A stretch of 63,994 nt of DNA, from IMG/VR virus record IMGVR_UViG_3300036670_000273, positions 1 through 63,994 of that record. One strand, written 5' to 3'. The stretch is from a virus. Lineage: Duplodnaviria; Caudoviricetes. The notes under the pieces were generated by a model. It was not told where the DNA came from. It made no database searches and was given only the letters and a program-made list of their open reading frames with translations. This document shows, piece by piece, positions 28,569 to 38,553 of the stretch (position 1 is the stretch's first letter; each line of letters begins with the position of its first letter). Both the position numbers and the translations under genes were made by a program.

Positions 28569-31500
28569 TTATTTTATTATTAGTATGTTTCTACTTTTTT
28601 TATATTTATTCCCATTTGAATCTGTAAGTTCTAATCCTATTTCATACTTACCAGGTTCTTGAAAAAGATAAGTTAAATATTTGCTTTCAAAATATATATC
28701 AGCTATGCTAGTGTTAGATGTATTTCTTATAAACCATTTAGGTTTATCTTTGCCACTTATCTTACATTTATCATAAACAAACATAGCCCACGTTAGTTTA
28801 GGTAAAGTTACTCCATCATTTATAAATTTAGCAGTAGACCAAGATGGATTGCTAGACGTATGTAGACCTTTTTTATATATAAGGCTATCACAAGTGTCAC
28901 CTGTATTACCAGTGTCACCTGTATAACCTGTATTACCAGTGTCACCTGTATTACCGGTTACACCTTCACCTGCGCATATCATATTATTATTAACATCAAC
29001 AACATCAACGCTCAACCAATCACCATACACACCAAAATATCTGGAAACAGCTTGCACAAATTTTTGATTTAGTGCAGCATCATACACTACATTATAAATA
29101 TACTTATTTATGATTGGATCAATACTTAAATTTAATTTTAATGCAGCCTGTGCTAATGTAGTTGTAGTTTGATCAAAATAAAATGTACCTATGTTACCCT
29201 TAATATCAACTATTTTAAGATAACTATTTTCTTCGATTTCTTTAAACTGAAAAAATGCAGGAGAATCACCAGTGATTGATGTTAAATCCCACCAAATATG
29301 ATATGAATCATTCCATGTACATTTTTTTATATTGTTCCAAAAATACGGACCTGTGAAACTCGTAGATCCATTATTTTGAAAGTTAAGAATCGTAAAATTA
29401 GGAGAAGACCCTAAGCCAAAATTATTTAAAATCGCATTAACTCTATCAAGAGATTCATAAAGACTAGGAGTTTCGTCATCCCATGTAACACTAGGTTCAA
29501 TTGGTAAGTTCCAACTTGAACCATAGTCATCCCAATGCCACTTGCCTTCATTTGCCCATGTGTATGTTTCTTTTCTAGACTGATACCAACCTGAATATTC
29601 AACTTCTTTTGATTCCACACAAATAGTATCGGTTTTAACTATAGATGAAATATTATTAAACATATCGTATAACCTCATCTCTACTGTATAATCACCAACA
29701 TACGGTAATGTTATTGGTAATGTTTCATACTGATTAATAGATCCTCTTACTGATGAAAAATATGAAGGTGATATATCAGTTTCTTCTTTAAATATAGTCC
29801 ATTCAATTTCACTAAAATTACCTCTCCCTATACTACCCCATGTATATAAAGTTTCGCTAGGATCGTCTATTTTAGTAAACACTGCTCCACTTACTAGAGT
29901 TTTAATAACTCTTGTATTTATTTGCTGAGTATTACTTCCAAATATTCTTATTGCATTTTCGGTATTTGATACTGCAATATTTGATATATCTAAATGTAGC
30001 CAAGGAGTAATCGCATTACTTTTTAAATTTAATAATTGACTAAATAATGAAGCTACGATGTCATTGTTATTATCACCTGCTTGTGCTGTGTATGTTGCGC
30101 CTGTGTTTGTAGTAACATCATTTATTATAAAAACATCACCTATGCTACCACCTTGTGGTCTTAAATCAAATGTATGAAATTTATTTGCGTTTGTTATCTG
30201 ATTAAATGTCATGTTTACCTCTGACCACGTTACTTTTTCAAAACTCGTATTTTCTAAAACCACCAAAGCCCCTACTGGGATATTCGGTTTATCTGGTAAA
30301 TATAAAGATGAATAGCCTGCCTTTGGTGTACCTATTTTATTTAGATTTGGTGCATACTTACTAAAATATGAGAAAAATACATCTGCTATTTCGCTAATTG
30401 TAAAAGTTTGACCTCCAACTGGCTTACCTAGTACACTATTAACATTTGGTCCAAATGGCGCAACTGGTAAAGGATCACCTTGATTATATTCACCTAAAAG
30501 TAAATTTCGAGAAGATGTTTCACCACTTGATGAAACAAAAAGTGGAGCAATAAATGAGTTACAAAAATTAATAACTGCCTCACCTACTATTGCTTCTTGA
30601 TTAAAACAAAAATCTGTAAATGATCTTAAATCTTCTAAATATATACAAGAATCCGGCGTAACTTTAAAATCAACAGAAATTCCTGCATTTATGTTTCTTT
30701 TATCATTTCTACTGATTGTGTTTGTTATAGCAGCAGATCCAAAAAAATCAGCCTCACCTGTAATATCTTTAATGTGAGCGTTTAATGGTAAAAATTCGTT
30801 TTCAAGTTTTCTTTTAAGTCCAAATAATTTAATAAGTACTTCCTCTATTGTAAAGTTAAAAACTTCTTCAGTTAATGGCAGATCTTGAAAATCATATTGA
30901 TTCTCTTTTACTTTATTAATTTTGTAAATTAAGCTAAACATGCTAGTCTTTCTAAAATTCTTATTAGGTAAACTTATAGAGGTATCGTTATAATTAACAG
31001 TTGGATCAAATATATTAATAGGATTAGATTGTATGTATTTTCCATATCTAGTTGAAGATTTGTTAACATTTTTCCAAAACTCTTTTACTTGTAAATTGTT
31101 ATAACCAAAAAACTTAATAGCGTTAATAAGACCTTTATATGAACCAATAAATGGATATATGTTATGACCTTCTAACATTATTTCTTTTCGTTTTCTGTTT
31201 AGCTCAACAAAATTTGGTAACTGCTCATTTATATTAGTATCTTTAAAAATTAAGCTATCTTCAGCTGTTATATTATAACCTAAATTTTCAGTCATAACTT
31301 TAAGTCTTTCATCTTCACTTATAGTTTCAGCATACACCACAAATTTACCAACAATAGTGCCGGTACATTCATCTTTAATAATTAATGTTCTTTTAAAAGT
31401 ATTTTCCTCATCTGAATTAATTGTAAAGTTGATTTGAATAACTTCAGATCTAATTTTATCTGTTACAACATAATCATTAATATCAATACTTTGATTTGCA

Positions 31501-31898
31501 TCATAATCCAGTGGGACGTTAATTTCTTCATATTTTACTAATTGCGGTCCTATTTCTTCAACTAATAATGCGGATTGTGTATCTGTAACAAAATCTTGAT
31601 TAAACTGAAACAAAAAAATATCTTCAGGATCTGACGTTTCCCATTCAATAATAAAATCGCATTCACTGTTACTCTCTAAATTATTAAGCTCATATGAATG
31701 AGGATATCCAAACTTTTTTAAATTTGTAGACTCTTGTATAAATTCTTGTAAAATAAATAATTGACCAACTTCAAACAAACCAGTCGATACAGCTGGTAAA
31801 TAAATATTTCCCATCCACATATCAACAGATTCATTATAATCAAAATTATAATTTTTACCTTCTTTATCAAAAAAATATATATGTTTCCAATAATTCAT
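28569..31898 (-). CDS. Baseplate wedge protein (gp7-like) with PKD-like segments
   Basis: Follows gp6-like gene; GSYKGLINAIKFFGY motif; GDYTVEMRL and FQEPGKYEIGLELTDSNGN PKD-like strands. Confidence 0.6.
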   Translation of the reverse strand: MNYWKHIYFFDKEGKNYNFDYNESVDMWMGNIYLPAVSTGLFEVGQLFILQEFIQESTNLKKFGYPHSYELNNLESNSECDFIIEWETSDPEDIFLFQFNQDFVTDTQSALLVEEIGPQLVKYEEINVPLDYDANQSIDINDYVVTDKIRSEVIQINFTINSDEENTFKRTLIIKDECTGTIVGKFVVYAETISEDERLKVMTENLGYNITAEDSLIFKDTNINEQLPNFVELNRKRKEIMLEGHNIYPFIGSYKGLINAIKFFGYNNLQVKEFWKNVNKSSTRYGKYIQSNPINIFDPTVNYNDTSISLPNKNFRKTSMFSLIYKINKVKENQYDFQDLPLTEEVFNFTIEEVLIKLFGLKRKLENEFLPLNAHIKDITGEADFFGSAAITNTISRNDKRNINAGISVDFKVTPDSCIYLEDLRSFTDFCFNQEAIVGEAVINFCNSFIAPLFVSSSGETSSRNLLLGEYNQGDPLPVAPFGPNVNSVLGKPVGGQTFTISEIADVFFSYFSKYAPNLNKIGTPKAGYSSLYLPDKPNIPVGALVVLENTSFEKVTWSEVNMTFNQITNANKFHTFDLRPQGGSIGDVFIINDVTTNTGATYTAQAGDNNNDIVASLFSQLLNLKSNAITPWLHLDISNIAVSNTENAIRIFGSNTQQINTRVIKTLVSGAVFTKIDDPSETLYTWGSIGRGNFSEIEWTIFKEETDISPSYFSSVRGSINQYETLPITLPYVGDYTVEMRLYDMFNNISSIVKTDTICVESKEVEYSGWYQSRKETYTWANEGKWHWDDYGSSWNLPIEPSVTWDDETPSLYESLDRVNAILNNFGLGSSPNFTILNFQNNGSTSFTGPYFWNNIKKCTWNDSYHIWWDLTSITGDSPAFFQFKEIEENSYLKIVDIKGNIGTFYFDQTTTTLAQAALKLNLSIDPIINKYIYNVVYDAALNQKFVQAVSRYFGVYGDWLSVDVVDVNNNMICAGEGVTGNTGDTGNTGYTGDTGNTGDTCDSLIYKKGLHTSSNPSWSTAKFINDGVTLPKLTWAMFVYDKCKISGKDKPKWFIRNTSNTSIADIYFESKYLTYLFQEPGKYEIGLELTDSNGNKYKKSRNILIIK
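28893..28964 (-). repeat. 9-bp tandem repeat encoding (G-x-T)8 collagen-like insert
   Basis: GVTGNTGDTGNTGYTGDTGNTGDT, flanked by Cys residues. Confidence 0.85.
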
Positions 31899-31899
31899 A

Positions 31900-32169
31900 T
31901 TAATTTATATGTTGATAATCTTTAGGTACTGCAAAATTATAATAAATTCTCAAATACTTTACACTGTTAATATATGAAACCATAATAGGATTTAGATAAT
32001 CGTTAATGAATACAGACAATCTACTGTTCTTAAACATATAAGAAGATAACATTTTAGTCATTAATAATGACGTATAGTCAAAGCCAGTATTTTTAAGCTC
32101 CCAATTACTTTCGTATGTAGCTTTATATAAACTAGGATAACCTTTTCTTTTTTCCGTTAAGTATTCCAT
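31900..32169 (-). CDS. Small baseplate-associated hypothetical protein
   Basis: 89 aa, TAATG-coupled to the gp6-like gene. Confidence 0.65.
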   Translation of the reverse strand: MEYLTEKRKGYPSLYKATYESNWELKNTGFDYTSLLMTKMLSSYMFKNSRLSVFINDYLNPIMVSYINSVKYLRIYYNFAVPKDYQHIN

Positions 32170-34025
32170 TACATGTTTTTAATAATTTTTTGTGTAGATT
32201 CTCCATCAAGCCTACCAGCATTCATAGATCTTGCATTATTACCTGTTGCTATCGTTGTGCCTCGATTACGTCTTAACTTATTAAATTTATCTTGCTGAGT
32301 TTTATTATAAAGATTAGACTTAACCATATCCTTAAAAAACACATTTAAAGAACCTATACTATTTGGCTTAGGAACCTCTTCATATTCGGTATTATTCCTA
32401 TCTGACCAACCACCTCTAATAACAATAATATCATTAGAATTAATAATAATATCACCAAATTCGTCTAAACCTAATTGCGGATCTTCATCAGGCTTTAGTA
32501 TAATTTTTTTGTTTTCAATTAATGTTTTTTGATCTGTTGCTGGATCAATACCAAAAACAGGTACAAAATAAAAACCATTTTTAATTGCTTCCTCATTTTC
32601 TTTTGATAAGAAAAACAAATTAACAGAATCAACACCCTCTATATCTTCAATCATTGCTATTAAATCAGATCTAGGAACTCTATCTCTTCTATTTACTGTT
32701 AAGAAATAATCATTTAATGTTTTTCTTATTGCAACTCTTAGTGCATCTTTATCATAACCTTCTATCCATCTGATAACTACATTTATAATGTATTTCTTAA
32801 TATCAGGATTATCTATTCTGACTTCAGCTGTTATTACTTGTCTACCACTTTTATTTAATGTATCTATAATTTGAATCTTTTCATCTTCTGTTAACGTGAA
32901 TTCTTCCAAAGGAACTGAAAAATAATCGGTGTTACTTGATATTTTTTTCTTAATGTCAGGTATTAAAAACAAATAAATAATGTTGTTATCATTAATATAT
33001 TCATCATCTTTAGTGTTATACGCATTAATAAATGAAAAGAAGTCATACTTGCTTAAATAATAAATATAGTTATTAGGATTTGCTAACACAAAGGAATTAC
33101 TTTGGTATGGCGCAATTAATCGTGTAAATTCTGGATCTTCACTATCAGAGCCAAGATTAGGATTTCTAATAACATCAATTGATGTTATATCAGTAAGATC
33201 AACACCTTCACCTAAAAAATTAGTTCCACTATCTTTAAATTTAATTTCTATATTTTTTCCACCAATATTTCCATTACTTCCACCTGTTATGATATAAGTA
33301 ACAATAATAATTGATCCAAGTGGTGGCAAATAACCAAATTGATTATTTCCAAAGAAAATGCTAAGACCACCATTTACGCTAGTTTTACACATAAATGTTT
33401 TTTCAGACGGGCCCATGTCATATAAAGAGTCAACCTTTTTCCATAGCTGCCCATCAACATTCACTGTTACCATATAGTGATCAGTTAGTTCTTTTGTTGT
33501 TAAATTATAACTTTGTAAAGCTTCCCCACTGCCACTAAACGTTTGTGTATTAATTTCACCTTGAATAATTTCAACGTTTATCCAATCTTTATTAGTTTTT
33601 TCTAGTCTAATAAAATCACTATCAAATTTTAAGAAATATGATAAACCATTGTTACCAACCTCTAACGCAGCACCGTTAAGTATTTGTACATAGTTTCCGC
33701 TAAACGCGTTAGCTGCATTATTATTAAGTCTGAGCGCGATAATTCCTCTAGCTGATATTCCTCTAGTTGGATCATGACCAGTTAATCTCGACAAGCCATA
33801 TATTGATTCAATATTTCTTGCTCTAGATATATTAAGCTCAGTTGCAACAGATTCAATATAATAAAAAATTAGTTCACCTAAATTTGCAACAACAGTTAAT
33901 AGCTGCCCAAATGGTGAAGCAGGTGAAAATGCTTCTGACCCTTGCTGATAAGTTTTTTGTAAGTATTCAAAAGAGTCATAAAACAACTCGCTTGCCTTTA
34001 ATCTAGTTTTGCTAAAAAATGACAT
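32169..34025 (-). CDS. Baseplate wedge subunit (T4 gp6 / baseplate J-like)
   Basis: SIYGLSRLTG, SIFFGNNQFG...PPLGSIIIVTYIITGGSNGN; follows gp25-like gene. Confidence 0.85.
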   Translation of the reverse strand: MSFFSKTRLKASELFYDSFEYLQKTYQQGSEAFSPASPFGQLLTVVANLGELIFYYIESVATELNISRARNIESIYGLSRLTGHDPTRGISARGIIALRLNNNAANAFSGNYVQILNGAALEVGNNGLSYFLKFDSDFIRLEKTNKDWINVEIIQGEINTQTFSGSGEALQSYNLTTKELTDHYMVTVNVDGQLWKKVDSLYDMGPSEKTFMCKTSVNGGLSIFFGNNQFGYLPPLGSIIIVTYIITGGSNGNIGGKNIEIKFKDSGTNFLGEGVDLTDITSIDVIRNPNLGSDSEDPEFTRLIAPYQSNSFVLANPNNYIYYLSKYDFFSFINAYNTKDDEYINDNNIIYLFLIPDIKKKISSNTDYFSVPLEEFTLTEDEKIQIIDTLNKSGRQVITAEVRIDNPDIKKYIINVVIRWIEGYDKDALRVAIRKTLNDYFLTVNRRDRVPRSDLIAMIEDIEGVDSVNLFFLSKENEEAIKNGFYFVPVFGIDPATDQKTLIENKKIILKPDEDPQLGLDEFGDIIINSNDIIVIRGGWSDRNNTEYEEVPKPNSIGSLNVFFKDMVKSNLYNKTQQDKFNKLRRNRGTTIATGNNARSMNAGRLDGESTQKIIKNM

Positions 34026-34039
34026 TTATATTTTTATTT

Positions 34040-34405
34040 TTAAAAAAGAGCACCAATTACTCTATTTTGATTTATGTAAATATCAACTAGAGCGCCGTTT
34101 CTACTATCAGTTTCAAAAAATGAAACCTTAGTGTTTACTTTGAATCTAATATCGTAATCAAGTAAACAATATGATTGTATTTGGCTACTAATCTTTTGCT
34201 CAATAACTGAAGCATTTACAACTAGAGAAAAAACAAGATCTTCTAAGTTGCAGCCAAAATCAGGTACTCCTAATACCTCGCCTTTCCTTGTAAATAGGGC
34301 ATTTTCAATCTTTAATATTAGTTGAGAAAGACCATCAGTTACTTCTATTATGTTAGGAGAATACTTATTTTCATCTTCACCTCTACTATAAATATCAATT
34401 AACAT
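34040..34405 (-). CDS. Baseplate wedge subunit gp25-like
   Basis: LFTRKGEVLGVPDFGCNLEDLVF signature. Confidence 0.85.
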   Translation of the reverse strand: MLIDIYSRGEDENKYSPNIIEVTDGLSQLILKIENALFTRKGEVLGVPDFGCNLEDLVFSLVVNASVIEQKISSQIQSYCLLDYDIRFKVNTKVSFFETDSRNGALVDIYINQNRVIGALF

Positions 34406-34468
34406 AGATAATGATTCTTTTTAGTATATATATACTCTATTAAAAAATAGCAATTTAGATTATAAAAA

Positions 34469-35311
34469 TTATCCTGTGTAAAAATAATCCAAACCTTCGT
34501 CTGCTTTTATCTCTTCAATAATTTCAGTTAATTCATCTTTACCTTCTGATGCAATCATATCATAATTTATTGTAATATTTCCAGGTAAATTAAATGAAAA
34601 CGTACCTAATATTCTTGCTAATTGTACTTTTGCTTTGGCTATACAATATCTAACAAAAATCTCATCTTGAAATAATGAGCAATCTGGTATAGTGTTGTAT
34701 ATTTGAAAAATACAAGCTCCTTTAGGCAACTCTCCTTGAAATCTAAATTTTCTAGTTAAGCGATTATATGAATATGAAATTTGAGATAACAAAATTTGTC
34801 GTGTCATATCAATAAAACTCGAATTAACAACATATGCCATTAAGTTCTCAGATCCTAGACCTGCACCGTATGAATCTGAGTATATAAATTTTTCAATTGA
34901 AAAATCAACATCACCAGCTGAAAATGAACTACTACCATAACCACCATCTTCACCTGCAAATCCACTCCACTCAAATACGTTGTTAACAGCAAAAACAGTT
35001 GATGGCATAGGTACAATTCCCCTAGAACTATTTACGTTTGCTTTTGATAATGTTTCATTTTCATCTAATATACCCTTTTTAAAGCTATCTTTATTCCATG
35101 CAGATGCTGGTAATGCAATATACATTTCCTCAACGCTGTCTTCATATATTTTATAAAAATAATCCTTTGCTCTTGTAATAATTCTCGCTAATTCTTTTTT
35201 AGGAACTGTAAATGGTAATTGACAACCAACAGTTAATTCATCATTAATTTCTTTAATTAGCGCGTCTAGGCATGCTATAGATTCCGGACTGTTACAATCA
35301 ACGTATGGCAT
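34469..35311 (-). CDS. Neck/head-tail adaptor (T4 gp13-like)
   Basis: AKAKVQLARILGTFSFNLPGNITINYDMIASEGKDEL matches the gp13-type C-terminus. Confidence 0.75.
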   Translation of the reverse strand: MPYVDCNSPESIACLDALIKEINDELTVGCQLPFTVPKKELARIITRAKDYFYKIYEDSVEEMYIALPASAWNKDSFKKGILDENETLSKANVNSSRGIVPMPSTVFAVNNVFEWSGFAGEDGGYGSSSFSAGDVDFSIEKFIYSDSYGAGLGSENLMAYVVNSSFIDMTRQILLSQISYSYNRLTRKFRFQGELPKGACIFQIYNTIPDCSLFQDEIFVRYCIAKAKVQLARILGTFSFNLPGNITINYDMIASEGKDELTEIIEEIKADEGLDYFYTG

Positions 35312-35312
35312 A

Positions 35313-36614
35313 TTATAATTTAATTTTTTCTATTTCAATAACTTTAGTGCTACTTGAAATGTTTGCAAAGTTAGTTGCACGACCTTCTTTAAATACACCA
35401 CCTTCCATGTTTCCACTAAATACACTATGTTTACCAAATATAAATGAGTTGTTAATTTCTACATTTTTGCTAATATAAGAATCTTCTATTTTACATTTTT
35501 TACATGTAGTTGATCCAAATAAATTTGATTTAATTATACGTGTATCGCTAATTTCACAATCAAAAATATCACAGTTTTTTATATTACCCTTAATTGTACA
35601 TTGGAATATATCTACATCAGAAATTTCAAAGCATTGTTTTAAATTAGCATCTTTTATTTGTATTCTACTTGAATCGCTGTCATAATTAATTAGACCACTT
35701 TTCATATTAGCTTTTGTTAAAAACTCAAAAATCTTTTCTCTTATTTTTGGATAGTATACCTCAATTATTTGAGGAGCAGTTTTTAAATCAATCATTAAAG
35801 AAATTTTTGGATATTTTTCATTAAATTTTTTATATGTTTTATATCCTTGTACTACTTCTTTATGATCTGCTATAACTTTATCTAATTTTGTAAGGTCTTC
35901 TTCTGAATATGTAGGGTTTTTTAAAATTTCATATAATGAAGTAATAAAATGCTCAATCATTAAAAGCATTTTTTGATATTCGTTTTCATAATTAGCACCA
36001 CCTAGATATTTAAACGTAAGATAATTATCAGAAATTGTGTTAAAATTAATTGCGTAATAATCTTCATTAACAAACATATAGTTTTGCCATGAATTTTTAC
36101 TTGGTGATGATTGAGTCATGCCACCTAGCGGCAGCATAAATTTAATTGATTTTGCATAAATCGAATTTTTTCTATTAGGAAAATTTTCATAAACAAGATC
36201 TTCATTAAAATTAAGAACAAACTTACCAATATCTAATTTAGTTATATTAGCAGTAGGTCCTATTTTCTTGTCGTTAAATGAAATATTAACGCCAACAGAG
36301 CATCTGCTATTTGTAGAAGCATTCTCTTTAATCCATTTTAATGTTTTAGATAAAATTAATTTAGCTTCAACGAATGGCATGTTATAAGTTACAAAATCAA
36401 TCATTCCAGTTTCACCCGAAATATCATGATCTAGTGTAAACATTTCTATTTGTGTAGAAATATTGTTTTTTTCATTTTTACCTATCTGTATTTTTTTATT
36501 TAATACAGATGAAATACTTTTTTTTACTATTTTAATATTATCTTTAGTAAAAAAATTAAAAGAAAATCCTATTTGCGAAAAATGAATTGCATTAAGTTGT
36601 TCATTAGAATACAT
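35313..36614 (-). CDS. Amidoligase (COOH-NH2 ligase)-like protein with degenerate active site and C-terminal beta-helix
   Basis: Motif order IGFSFNFF / IDFVT / TNSRCSVGVNIS / YYAINF / LTFKYLGG parallels GFEFEF / ELVT / CxxHxN / KY / EFR; IxxC/S pentad repeats at the C-terminus. Confidence 0.6.
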   Translation of the reverse strand: MYSNEQLNAIHFSQIGFSFNFFTKDNIKIVKKSISSVLNKKIQIGKNEKNNISTQIEMFTLDHDISGETGMIDFVTYNMPFVEAKLILSKTLKWIKENASTNSRCSVGVNISFNDKKIGPTANITKLDIGKFVLNFNEDLVYENFPNRKNSIYAKSIKFMLPLGGMTQSSPSKNSWQNYMFVNEDYYAINFNTISDNYLTFKYLGGANYENEYQKMLLMIEHFITSLYEILKNPTYSEEDLTKLDKVIADHKEVVQGYKTYKKFNEKYPKISLMIDLKTAPQIIEVYYPKIREKIFEFLTKANMKSGLINYDSDSSRIQIKDANLKQCFEISDVDIFQCTIKGNIKNCDIFDCEISDTRIIKSNLFGSTTCKKCKIEDSYISKNVEINNSFIFGKHSVFSGNMEGGVFKEGRATNFANISSSTKVIEIEKIKL

Positions 36615-36658
36615 GTAATATTGTAATTTGTTTATATATTCAAATTACAATATTACAT
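36613..36658 (-). promoter_or_regulatory. Perfect 18-bp inverted repeat with late-promoter-like motif in the loop; 3' arm covers the translation start of 35313..36614
   Basis: atgtaatattgtaatttg (36613-36630), loop tttatatatt, caaattacaatattacat (36641-36658); no U-tract. Confidence 0.7.
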
Positions 36659-36671
36659 ATACCTTAATATG

Positions 36672-37832
36672 TTATGTTAAATCAACAATAGACATTGCTA
36701 TTTTTCTTTCAGCTGTATTTACACTATGTATTTTAATAGTTACTATGTCTCCTTTATTTAAAGAAATTTCTTTAAGTTTGGATTTATGAATAAGCCCACT
36801 TATACCTTTCTCTAATTCAACAAATGCCCCATAGTTTGTTATTTTAGTAACTGTACCTGTTGTTGTCATCATTGGTTTATACTTTTCGTTAACAATATCC
36901 CATAAGTCTTCTTTTGGGCCAGTTTGACTTAGTATAATTTTTTTATCAGATATGATATCTTTTGTCCAAAATTCAATAACATCGCCTGGTTTAATTTCAT
37001 TTTTATTATATTTTCTTAATGTAATTTCATCAAATTCAGAATTCGGTATTAAACCGGTTAAACATTCATTGAATTCAGCAAATATACCAAACTTAGTTGT
37101 TCCGGTAACAATTCCAGTTAATTTAGTTTTAATATTTTCATTAAGATCACTTATTGAACTTGGAATTAATGTTGATAAATATTCTCTATGAGAAACTATA
37201 ATTGTATTTTTTTCATTTGAATACGATATTGGCATAATAATTAAAGTCTTTCCAATAATTGATTCAAAATCCCATAATTTATTTAAACCTGCTAATGAAC
37301 CTGGCATAAAACAACTTATACCGCCAACTTCTACCCAGTATCCACCGTTGATTAACTCAATGATTTTACCAGTAAAACCAACTGCTTTATTACCAATAGC
37401 TTTAAATATTTCATTAAATTTAACCTCATTCATTGCATCTGATATTGAAGCAATTATTGTTCCATTTGCTAACGTTTTAATCTTAACATCAATATCCATC
37501 CCAACTTTTAATTGACTAACTATTTCTTTATCTTCTTTTAATAATGAACAGTACGCAGTAAATTTGGAATCTATATCAATAAGCGCGCTTTCTTTAACGC
37601 CATCAGAATTTAAATTTATACGAACAATCTCACCAACAGTAATATACTTCTTTCCACTATCACATAATTTTTTATCATTATTATCTGTGTCGGTTAGTCC
37701 ATACATTGCTAATGCCTCTAATGCATAGTGTTCATTACATAATATTTTAGTACCGTTTGGTACTGCTACTTTAACCTTTCTTACGTCAAATGGATTTTCG
37801 CCAATTTGAATTGAAATTTCTTGTTCTATCAT
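36672..37832 (-). CDS. rpsA: Ribosomal protein S1-like multi-S1-domain RNA-binding protein
   Basis: Successive S1 domains: GGYWVEVGGISCFMPGS, GIVTGTTKFGIFAEF...GLIP, GTVTKITNYGAFVELEKGISGLIHKS...RKIAMS. Confidence 0.85.
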   Translation of the reverse strand: MIEQEISIQIGENPFDVRKVKVAVPNGTKILCNEHYALEALAMYGLTDTDNNDKKLCDSGKKYITVGEIVRINLNSDGVKESALIDIDSKFTAYCSLLKEDKEIVSQLKVGMDIDVKIKTLANGTIIASISDAMNEVKFNEIFKAIGNKAVGFTGKIIELINGGYWVEVGGISCFMPGSLAGLNKLWDFESIIGKTLIIMPISYSNEKNTIIVSHREYLSTLIPSSISDLNENIKTKLTGIVTGTTKFGIFAEFNECLTGLIPNSEFDEITLRKYNKNEIKPGDVIEFWTKDIISDKKIILSQTGPKEDLWDIVNEKYKPMMTTTGTVTKITNYGAFVELEKGISGLIHKSKLKEISLNKGDIVTIKIHSVNTAERKIAMSIVDLT

Positions 37833-37918
37833 TTTTTTTTATTAAGGTGTTAATTATAGATTATATATTACCTTTATTAATTTAAATATTTTACACACAA
37901 ATTAAGCATTTGTTTCAT

Positions 37919-38551
37919 TTAAATAATTCCAATAAACGGTAATGGTGGTCCTGCTATTGGGGATGGTGCAGCAGGAATAAGGCCATTAAATACACCGGTA
38001 ATTTTAAGTAAATGTTTAGAATATGCAAGAACAAGACCTGTAATAAACACATTAAACGCAACATCTTGGTTAAGTTCAGTTTGGGCGATAAAAAATGCTT
38101 TTGCTAAATCTTGCTTAAGAGAATTTGGATCTCCGGGTACGATAACGGTATACCCGGCTGTTGCCGATATATATCCAGGTGGCGTTACAGAAGGTGTGAA
38201 GGTTTCAGTTAACCATTCTGTGCATATTGCTACAGCTAATGGTTCAAAAATAGACTCAATTTTATCATTAGATGAACTTTTATTAGCATTAAAGTTGTTG
38301 CCTTTATAATCCGGTGTTAATTCTATAGTTTCATTAGACAGCTTAGTAAAAACATCAGTATATGCTCTTTTAATATTGTCTTTATTTAAACCACCTGAAA
38401 CTTTACTTAATGACAATATAATAGTTGCTGAAGTAATGGCATTAATATATTCAGTAGCATGTAATTCTGCTAAATCTGAAATAGTGATTTCATTAGGAAT
38501 ACCTAACGATTTTTTCATATTACTTTTAAAGTTAACCCAATTAGCTGGCAT
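37919..38551 (-). CDS. Baseplate spike-associated hypothetical protein
   Basis: Immediately downstream of gp5-like gene; Pro-rich C-terminus. Confidence 0.55.
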   Translation of the reverse strand: MPANWVNFKSNMKKSLGIPNEITISDLAELHATEYINAITSATIILSLSKVSGGLNKDNIKRAYTDVFTKLSNETIELTPDYKGNNFNANKSSSNDKIESIFEPLAVAICTEWLTETFTPSVTPPGYISATAGYTVIVPGDPNSLKQDLAKAFFIAQTELNQDVAFNVFITGLVLAYSKHLLKITGVFNGLIPAAPSPIAGPPLPFIGII

Positions 38552-38553
38552 AA

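Noticed and set aside
36613-36658. Intrinsic terminator reading of the 18-bp hairpin
   Set aside because: No U-tract on either strand, and the stem overlaps a start codon with a promoter-like loop; kept as a regulatory hairpin instead.
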